Below, one piece after another: positions 26,593 through 32,000 of a stretch of 32,000 bases of DNA (position 1 is the first letter of the stretch; each line of letters starts with the position of its first letter). A program made the translations under genes and the position numbers. Source of the stretch: Candidatus Electrothrix yaqonensis (GTDB lineage Bacteria; Desulfobacterota; Desulfobulbia; Desulfobulbales; Desulfobulbaceae); contig CP178758.1 of assembly GCA_047651235.1 (NCBI GenBank), forward strand, positions 2,820,001 to 2,852,000, in the 5' to 3' direction. The notes under the pieces were generated by a model that had not been told where the DNA came from, searched no databases, and saw only the letters and a list, made by a program, of their open reading frames with translations.

Positions 26593-27930
26593 CTATTTTT
26601 TCCCGCAGTCGCTCTGGGCGCTTGAGGTAATAATGGATTTTCTCTCCGCCTTGGTAATCAGACCCGCCTTGAACTGTGTCCTTGCTGCGCGCACGACACA
26701 TTTCATATACTGACCATGGTTTTTCCAGTCATTATCACATGGGCATTCAGCATCCACAGAAGGTTCTTCCACAACAGGCTCATCCGTAGGAGGATCTTCC
26801 ACAACAGGTTCGTCTACTACTACTACAGGCTCATCCGTAGAAGGTGCAACCCCGGGTGTATATACAGTCCGTTCCGGGAAAACCTCTCCGGCCCATTCGG
26901 TGGCGTGACAGAATTTGGTGCCGTTGACCTCAAGTTCGAGCATAAAAGGATTCGCGCCAAGCACACTCTCGTCAATGTCAACATCACGCTCTATGAATAT
27001 GACACAGAGTTCCGTTGAAAGCCGGCAGGTTATTTTTTCCTCTCCGTCTCCGACCACTCTGTGAAAGCTCATCCTGTTGCCCTCGACCATGCCTGTGCCG
27101 CTGAAGCTGTAGGCAATGCCGGCTGGAGTCATAACAGAGAAGTCCAAGTCAACAGGGCCAGGTGCTGCAGCATCACCGAGACCGGTCAGACCGGTCATTT
27201 TGAATCTGGCATGATCCTGATCCCCGTGTCCAGGAGTTGTATCAATGGTGATCTGGCCGTATTCAAGGGATGCACTGACATCGCAGACACAGGCGTCATC
27301 CTGGTCCGGATTCGGTATATACGGGCAGTTGTCCTCATCATCCGGTATCAGATCCGCGTCGGTATCAAGTTTAAGGCTGACAGCGTCAAGCAGCATACCA
27401 AGCTGATCATCCGGCCCGACTTCCGCAAAGGCGATGTCGGTCATGTCGGTTTCAGCCATAAATCCGTAGGTTCCATCTCTCCAGTCGATAGCTCCTGATG
27501 CTCCGGAAGCTGTGTGGTAACCGACAACTTCGTCATCAACCAGCACCTCCATCTGATTATCCCCTACTCCTGGGCGTGGTGCCCAAGCGTATCTCAGTAC
27601 ATAACTCTTCCCCGCCTGTGTGACAGCATCCTGTGAAATCCTTGTCGGATCGTAGCTGTCCAGCTCCACATGCTGGTCACCGCTGTAGGGAGACGGCTTC
27701 AGGTTATGCCAGATTTCCAGCAGAGGGTCCTTCTCGTTGCCGTCCGCAAAAGTATGCTCGATAGTCCATCCGGGTACGCTGCTATATGAGCCCCATCCAC
27801 CGGACCTCGCCGGAAGCTCAAAATCTCCGTTCTCGATTAATTCCTGGCTAAATGCCGGAGCGGCTGAAAGGCTGAGTCCCAGTAAAATGCCTGCGGCGAC
27901 TGTTCCTGTTGCGTGTATTCTTGTTTTCAT
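26593..27930 (-). CDS. secreted multidomain protein (N-terminal lectin/DUF642-like domain, thrombospondin type-3 repeat, acidic Pro-rich linker, Cys-containing helical C-terminus)
   Basis: GGAGGAG RBS. Signal peptide MKTRIHATGTVAAGILLGLSLSAAPAFS. NGDFELP...VPGWT...GDQHVELDS. TSP3-like DTDADLIPDDEDNCPYIPNPDQDD. C-terminal CPCDNDWKNHGQYMKCV. Confidence 0.8.
   Translation of the reverse strand: MKTRIHATGTVAAGILLGLSLSAAPAFSQELIENGDFELPARSGGWGSYSSVPGWTIEHTFADGNEKDPLLEIWHNLKPSPYSGDQHVELDSYDPTRISQDAVTQAGKSYVLRYAWAPRPGVGDNQMEVLVDDEVVGYHTASGASGAIDWRDGTYGFMAETDMTDIAFAEVGPDDQLGMLLDAVSLKLDTDADLIPDDEDNCPYIPNPDQDDACVCDVSASLEYGQITIDTTPGHGDQDHARFKMTGLTGLGDAAAPGPVDLDFSVMTPAGIAYSFSGTGMVEGNRMSFHRVVGDGEEKITCRLSTELCVIFIERDVDIDESVLGANPFMLELEVNGTKFCHATEWAGEVFPERTVYTPGVAPSTDEPVVVVDEPVVEDPPTDEPVVEEPSVDAECPCDNDWKNHGQYMKCVVRAARTQFKAGLITKAERKSIITSSAQSDCGKK
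26766..26844 (-). repeat. imperfect tandem repeats encoding the (T)DEPVV(E) linker
   Basis: CTTCCACAACAGGCTCATCCGTAGG / CTTCCACAACAGGTTCGTC / ACAGGCTCATCCGTAGAAGG read on the plus strand. Protein: PSTDEPVVVVDEPVVEDPPTDEPVVEEP. Confidence 0.7.
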
Positions 27931-28184
27931 TTCTTCTCCTCCGATAAGGCTTTCTATTTAGCAAAACAACTTCTTATTTGTATTTTATACCACCTGTATC
28001 TAATGTCAAATTTATTTTACATTATTTAAAAAAATTAAACATGTCTATTTATAGATAGATACATTAAAAAATAATACAACCGCCTGATAAGGGAAAATAT
28101 TTCTTGATCGACATCTATATCTGAAAATAAAATACAGATTATTTCGTACGTAATGGCGGGTTTATAATTATTCGATACATGCAG

Positions 28185-28200
28185 CATTTTATATAAAATG
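28185..28200. promoter_or_regulatory. perfect 16-bp AT-rich palindrome CATTTTATATAAAATG
   Basis: Read directly. It lies in the AT-rich spacer between the two secreted-protein genes. Function unknown. Confidence 0.2.
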
Positions 28201-28387
28201 TGCAGTATAAATAGAATATTATTTTGGGATATGCATTGCGAATTAAGTTTGATGCTGAATCGACGCTTTTTTCAGAAAGACTGAGAATCTGTTTGTCAAA
28301 TAATAACAGAATAGCCTCTGCCCCTGCCGATAAACGACAGGGGGGTAATTCCGATGAGCTGTTGACGGGCAAAAAACAGCGGGTTGA

Positions 28388-29371
28388 TCAGTTGTCCTTT
28401 CTGTACTTGGTCCAGGAGCCGCTGCCGCTGTCAACCTGTGTCCACTCGCCTGTGTTGAGGTACAGATTTCCCCCGACCTCAAGGCTCACGTTCATTTCTC
28501 CGGTGAGCTGCGCGTCAAGCGCATCTCCGTCAAGATTTGTATAGCGGAGCTGGACAGTACATAACTCGGTGTCGAATTTACAGCGTACCAACGTAACGTC
28601 GTCACTGTAGACCAGTCTGTTGCCGCCCACATCAAGCTCGTTACTGTCTGCGGTAAAGGTGATCAGGGTATCGCCAGCTTCAGCGGTGAACGTCAGGCCT
28701 GTGCCGTTGTCCACAGCATCTTGGGCAGCAGCACCGATCCCTTCCATTCCCTGCAGGCTGAAGGCCGCCATATCCCGATCATACACAAAATTTTTGATAA
28801 CGATCTGACCGGTTGTATCCATCGGAATGGCAATTCGGGACAGTGATATCTGCAGCTCGTAGCTGTCACCGATATCTGGTGCATTGCCGGTTACACCACC
28901 TGTGTTATCGTAATCATAGGAGTTGAATTCACCAACAGCGATAATGTAGGTGCCTGGTTCCAAGAAGGTATATTCAAGAAATGAAGCCAAGAAATTTGAG
29001 CCGGGGTCTCCCCAGTTGTCATCGTTATAGGCGAGCAAGTTGCCGTTGGAGTCATACAGGAATAATTCGGTATCGAAATTATTATGGTCGGTATCAAATA
29101 CGCTGGCAGTCGTTCCTGCCAGAGACACATCAAAAGAATAATAATCAAACGTGCCGTCACCTGTGCCCGCAATGGATACCCAAGGCCAGATCTCAGAGTT
29201 CGTGATATCCGGATTCAGCCCGACAGTAAACGACGAAATATCAATATGTTGAGCAGTCGCAATACTGTTGTTCGGTTCTGCTTCTGATATAACCGCAGCG
29301 TTGGCTGCTGAAGTGCAGAGCATGATTCCTGCTGTTGCCAAAAGACCTGTTTTTATACTTTGTGCCTTCAT
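28388..29371 (-). CDS. secreted protein with pre-peptidase C-terminal (PPC)-like domain
   Basis: GAGGAG RBS. Signal peptide MKAQSIKTGLLATAGIMLCTSAANA. EAEPNNSIATAQ...GTGDGTFDYYSF...ELFLYDSNGNLLAYNDD, typical of PPC/bacterial collagenase-type accessory domains. Confidence 0.8.
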   Translation of the reverse strand: MKAQSIKTGLLATAGIMLCTSAANAAVISEAEPNNSIATAQHIDISSFTVGLNPDITNSEIWPWVSIAGTGDGTFDYYSFDVSLAGTTASVFDTDHNNFDTELFLYDSNGNLLAYNDDNWGDPGSNFLASFLEYTFLEPGTYIIAVGEFNSYDYDNTGGVTGNAPDIGDSYELQISLSRIAIPMDTTGQIVIKNFVYDRDMAAFSLQGMEGIGAAAQDAVDNGTGLTFTAEAGDTLITFTADSNELDVGGNRLVYSDDVTLVRCKFDTELCTVQLRYTNLDGDALDAQLTGEMNVSLEVGGNLYLNTGEWTQVDSGSGSWTKYRKDN

Positions 29372-29467
29372 TATGTTCTCCTCTGTTTGTTGATAGCGTT
29401 GGAATATTGCTTCCGAAATAAAACAGTCTGCTCATAAAATCCGAGAGACTGAAAAATACATCTGCCG

Positions 29468-29505
29468 CATTCTGCAGATTATTCCGCAGAATGAACAGTG
29501 TTCAA
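29468..29505 (-). promoter_or_regulatory. putative promoter of the 327-aa gene with an inverted repeat over the -10
   Basis: Minus strand: TTGAAC (29505-29500), 16-nt spacer, AATAAT (29483-29478). The inverted repeat CATTCTGC/GCAGAATG (29468-29475 / 29486-29493) brackets the -10. Confidence 0.35.
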
Positions 29506-29582
29506 TAAATAAGACCGTACAGAAACCAGTACGGATACCGGCAACAAAGAGTCTGTTCTACACTGTGTTGCTCTGTTGCCGG
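29504..29582 (-). terminator. double hairpin plus U-rich tail (terminator after the small ORF / leader)
   Basis: Minus strand: a 12-14-bp stem CCGGCAACAGAG/CTCT(TT)GTTGCCGG (29582-29538), then CCGTAC/GTACGG (29534-29515), followed by TCTTATTTATT. Confidence 0.55.
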
Positions 29583-29755
29583 TGAACCGAGCTGAAAGCC
29601 GCACCAGATCGGACGCACCAATACCCGGCACTGTCCGGACAAGCGAACTGAAATCTTTCTTCCGAAGCGGAAGCGGAAAAATAACTGCGAAGAGAAAACC
29701 AGCCGAATCGGCCGGTGGAAACGATGCGGGCGAAGCCCACCTCTGCGGATTTCAT
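29558..29755 (-). CDS. candidate small ORF (65 aa), hypothetical
   Basis: GGGAGG (29767-29762) lies 6 nt before the ATG (29755-29753). Product: MKSAEVGFARIVSTGRFGWFSLRSYFSASASEERFQFACPDSAGYWCVRSGAAFSSVHRQQSNTV. The stop falls inside the following hairpin. No homology recognised and composition is unconvincing. Confidence 0.3.
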   Translation of the reverse strand: MKSAEVGFARIVSTGRFGWFSLRSYFSASASEERFQFACPDSAGYWCVRSGAAFSSVHRQQSNTV

Positions 29756-29778
29756 AACATACCTCCCGGTAGTAAGAT

Positions 29779-29813
29779 TTATAAAAAGCAGGCAGCCCGG
29801 CTGTCTCTCCTGC
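29779..29813 (-). terminator. intrinsic-terminator-like hairpin inside the leader (candidate expression platform)
   Basis: Minus strand: GCAGG-agaga-CAGC-cgg-GCTG-CCTGC followed by TTTTTATAAAT. Its 3' arm can alternatively pair with AAGCAGG (29901-29895). Confidence 0.45.
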
Positions 29814-30058
29814 GGAGACCCTCGGCTTTCCGACACCGCCTCGCAGCGGTTGTGGCTTTATCAGCTTTCCGTCAATCGACCGGAAAGCACGGCACCTGCT
29901 TACTGAATAAGCGTTGCCATTATGTTATGAGCGTATTTGGAGTTTGTACGTTTTGTTTTTCGGAAAGCTGTACTGCGGTCCATTTCTGTTCAACCAGAAA
30001 AAAACAGCAGTCCACTGGAGCAACCAAGCCTGCGCCAGTAATACTTTCCTGTAGCTTT
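29814..30058 (-). ncRNA. candidate structured leader / ncRNA (unclassified)
   Basis: It lies downstream of a sigma70-like promoter, has no credible ORF, and is dense in GC-rich hairpins (for example the 8-bp GCTTTCCG/CGGAAAGC at 29864-29888). I could not match it to a known riboswitch class. Confidence 0.3.
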
Positions 30059-30065
30059 ACTTCAA

Positions 30066-30094
30066 AAGATACAGGATACTGAACAACACGTCAA
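30066..30094 (-). promoter_or_regulatory. sigma70-like promoter TTGACG-17-TATCTT
   Basis: Minus strand: -35 TTGACG (30094-30089), exactly 17-nt spacer, -10 TATCTT (30071-30066), with an A8 tract upstream (UP-like). Confidence 0.45.
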
Positions 30095-30157
30095 GTTTTT
30101 TTTACATAAAAAAATCAGAATTGTCGTATATTATATCCCGTGTGATTGCTCCGTGCT

Positions 30158-31270
30158 TCAGGTGGGATATTTTTCCCGCAAATTCAAGGACACAGCTCTG
30201 GTGAGTAGCAGCACTTTTTCTGCGTGGTCCAGGCGGAGCGAACCGGTGCCGCAGCTGGGGGTGATCAGTATCTGGCGGAGCAGAGCCGCCTGATCGCGAT
30301 CCGGGCGGACAAGTTTTTTCACCTGATGCTCCCAGAGCATGGTCAGGGACTGCTCGCTTTCTTTTTCGATATCATAGGGCTTGCCGGTCGGAATACCCCC
30401 CCAGGCGAGAATGGACCCTCGATCAAGATAGGCATGCACCTGATCGGTCAGGGCGGCCAGCTTGTCAAAAAAACTGTAGGCATCAAAGCTGAGAATATCG
30501 ATATCCGAATTGAGGAGCAACCCCCATTCCGTGTTGGCGCAGACATGAAGACCGGCCAGTCCGCCTGCCTGATGGATTGCCCCGGCCACCTCGTTGATCA
30601 TCTCCTGAATTTCCGCATTACTCACCGAGATAAAGGCGGAAGACCCCAGTCCGGCCAGAGCCGGTTCATCAATAAACATGATCACCGGCGTGTTCCCGGT
30701 ATTACAGCAGGCTATGAAGCGGGTCTGCCAAGCTGCCTTCATGGCAATACCCTTAATCACCATTTCCCGGATAGTGTCGTCATAATATCCGGCCCGGCCT
30801 TGGGTATCCTTGATTCCGGTGAGCATGGTGAATGGGCCGGTAACCTGACCTTTCACTGCGGCAAGATTCTCGTTGTGCTGCCCGTTCTGCAGGGTCTCGG
30901 CAAAGCTGTATAGGCCCTCGGCCCGTTCCCGGCTCACCCTGAATCTGGCCTCGGCCGGGGCTTCCGGGTTTTCCAGCACCGCCATGTAATCTTCATAAAA
31001 GGCCAGCATCTGCTCCTCAAAATCAGCTCCGCCGGTATCGTAAAAAATGCGGCCTTCCGGGTCACGCAGGTTTTCTTCCCGGATGCAGGGAATACCCTCG
31101 GCGAACTGAGGCATCATGCCTTCGTAGGGATCGCCCGGCAGTTGGGGCCAGAGGGGAATTTCCGGGGTGGCGGTAAAGATGCGGTCAAGGGCTTCCTTAT
31201 GGTTGCTCAGGGGCAGGGAGCCGATGAGGACAGGAAGGCCGTTGGGGGTGAAGTTGCTGGGCAGTATCAT
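30158..31270 (-). CDS. MetE-like (cobalamin-independent methionine synthase C-terminal domain family) Zn-dependent methyltransferase
   Basis: 370 aa. Zn-ligand pattern HVC (GLAGLHVCANTEW) and a late Cys (ITPSCGTGS), as in the Meth_synt_2/core-MetE fold. Substrate and methyl donor cannot be read from the sequence. Confidence 0.65.
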   Translation of the reverse strand: MILPSNFTPNGLPVLIGSLPLSNHKEALDRIFTATPEIPLWPQLPGDPYEGMMPQFAEGIPCIREENLRDPEGRIFYDTGGADFEEQMLAFYEDYMAVLENPEAPAEARFRVSRERAEGLYSFAETLQNGQHNENLAAVKGQVTGPFTMLTGIKDTQGRAGYYDDTIREMVIKGIAMKAAWQTRFIACCNTGNTPVIMFIDEPALAGLGSSAFISVSNAEIQEMINEVAGAIHQAGGLAGLHVCANTEWGLLLNSDIDILSFDAYSFFDKLAALTDQVHAYLDRGSILAWGGIPTGKPYDIEKESEQSLTMLWEHQVKKLVRPDRDQAALLRQILITPSCGTGSLRLDHAEKVLLLTRAVSLNLREKYPT

Positions 31271-31309
31271 TGATCAGTCTAACCTTAAAAATATATTTAA
31301 CTCAACTTT

Positions 31310-31324
31310 CTGAATCAGATTCAG
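31310..31324. promoter_or_regulatory. perfect palindrome CTGAATC-A-GATTCAG in the leader of the MetE-like gene
   Basis: 7+1+7 inverted repeat, 40-55 nt upstream of the ATG at 31270. The loop is too short for a hairpin, so it is more likely a protein site. Confidence 0.3.
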
Positions 31325-31339
31325 CTGCATAATGTACTC

Positions 31340-31365
31340 AAAAAAAAGCTGGAGGTCACCTGGAC
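31340..31365 (-). promoter_or_regulatory. B12-box-like motif followed by U8 upstream of the MetE-like gene
   Basis: Minus strand: GUCCAGGUGACCUCCAGC + U8, compared with my memory of the B12-box consensus AGYCMGGAGACCKGCC. I could not find the other conserved cobalamin-riboswitch elements. Confidence 0.2.
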
Positions 31366-31537
31366 ATGACGCTTTCGGACAATCGATACCCTTTTGTCTA
31401 CCATTAATCGGAATACGTTGACAACGTTTTTTCCACCATGTTATCGTTCCTGTTCTCCTCAAAATGCCGCTTGCCCTGACCAATCCAACCAATCCCGGAA
31501 AAAAAACCTGACTGATCCGCAGGCAAAGGATATGACA

Positions 31538-32000
31538 ATGACCATAACCCGCTTATACCGTCGCATCGACGCCACCCGCGCCTATTGCTTTAATATAGAA
31601 TCCTCCCGCGCCCTGACTGATCAGGAACTGCACCAGCTGTGCCTGCTGCTGGCTGACGGCTTTCTGGCCGATACCATTTCTCAGACCCCGATATTGGCAG
31701 GCGAACGGGTGGTCGAGGTTGGCCCGAGGCTCAACTTTGCCACGGCCTGGTCGTCCAACATGGTCTCCATCTGTCGGGCTATTGGACTGGATTGCATCAG
31801 CCGGGTAGAGCGATCCCGCCGTTATCTGGTGCCGGAGGGCGAGGATATGCAAGCCTTTATCGCGGTCCACCACGATCGGATGACCGAATGCCCCTACCCG
31901 GAGCCGCTGACCACCTTTGCAAGCGGGGTGGAGCCGGAACCGGTCTACGAGGTCGATCTCATGGGTAAGGGACCAGATGCCCTTTCAGACCTGCCTGGTA
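31538..32000 (+). CDS. purL: phosphoribosylformylglycinamidine synthase (large single-chain PurL), N-terminal part, runs off the window
   Basis: Not in the ORF track because it has no stop in the window. ATG at 31538 lies 7 nt after AAGGA (alternative ATG at 31532). Product: MTITRLYRRIDATRAYCFNIE...VEVGPRLNFATAWSSNMVSICRAIGL...RVERSRRYLV...HHDRMTECPY, which matches the FGAM synthase N-terminal domain. Confidence 0.85.
   Translation, partial: MTITRLYRRIDATRAYCFNIESSRALTDQELHQLCLLLADGFLADTISQTPILAGERVVEVGPRLNFATAWSSNMVSICRAIGLDCISRVERSRRYLVPEGEDMQAFIAVHHDRMTECPYPEPLTTFASGVEPEPVYEVDLMGKGPDALSDLPG

Noticed and set aside
26138-26713. Short plus-strand ORFs (60 and 81 aa) between the low-GC gene and the 445-aa gene
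   Set aside because: They have no RBS. They overlap the BY-kinase remnant and the terminator and 3' end of the 445-aa gene on the other strand, and their composition is not protein-like.
29785-29905. Possible cobalamin riboswitch (CAGGUGCC at the 5' side, AGCCGGGCUGCCUGC resembling a B12 box at the 3' side), RNase P-like GGAAAGCCGAGGG, glycine-like GGAGAG
   Set aside because: Only short partial matches are present. The core conserved elements of each class (GGGAA/GCCACUG; GAGGAAAGUCCGGGC; ACCGAAGG) are absent. It is kept only as an unclassified structured leader.
29576-30082. 168-aa plus-strand ORF in the 29.4-30.1 kb spacer
   Set aside because: Its composition is Arg/Ser/Ala-rich and unlike a real protein. 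It has no RBS and overlaps the hairpin-dense region that reads better as minus-strand RNA structure.
31553-31873. 106-aa minus-strand ORF near the window end
   Set aside because: It is antisense to the clearly recognisable N-terminal domain of PurL, which the ORF track misses because it has no stop in the window.
1-32000. Search by eye for CRISPR arrays, tRNA/rRNA/tmRNA genes, IS elements, integrases, reverse transcriptases
   Set aside because: I saw no regularly spaced repeats, no GGTTCGAATCC-type T-arm or CCA-end context, no rRNA-like conserved strings, and no transposase or integrase motifs in any listed ORF. This is an absence call by inspection only, and tRNAscan/Infernal/ISfinder would be decisive.

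Overview
32-kb chromosomal segment of a fairly GC-rich (mid-50s % by eye, not computed) Gram-negative anaerobe. Protein sequences and gene content look Desulfobacterota/Desulfobulbales-like, which is inference only. Backbone genes: lon (5' partial); an activated-methyl-cycle operon (homocysteine S-methyltransferase::MTHFR fusion, metK, ahcY); a YcbB-type L,D-transpeptidase; phoU; a porin; valS; a DsbC-like oxidoreductase; an ArsR regulator plus MMPL/RND exporter; two secreted proteins sharing a domain; a MetE-like Zn methyltransferase; and purL (3' partial). The accessory content sits mostly in the middle. (1) An ABC-type ATPase plus a small Toprim-like protein (PARIS/AbiL/OLD-like architecture) lies directly after valS. 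It is bracketed by ~220-bp diverged direct repeats that duplicate the valS 3' end, a hairpin and the ATPase 5' end. (2) A tightly coupled three-gene operon encodes an unknown 279-aa protein and two paralogous BrxD/DUF2791-type P-loop NTPases, the second broken by one in-frame TAA. No other BREX parts are nearby, and this is my best candidate for an undescribed conflict system. (3) A low-GC islet carries a single membrane protein next to a BY-kinase gene remnant. (4) A promoter / structured leader / terminator-antiterminator / small ORF / terminator unit looks like an unclassified riboswitch, attenuator or ncRNA. I recognised no rRNA, tRNA, CRISPR array, transposase or integrase.
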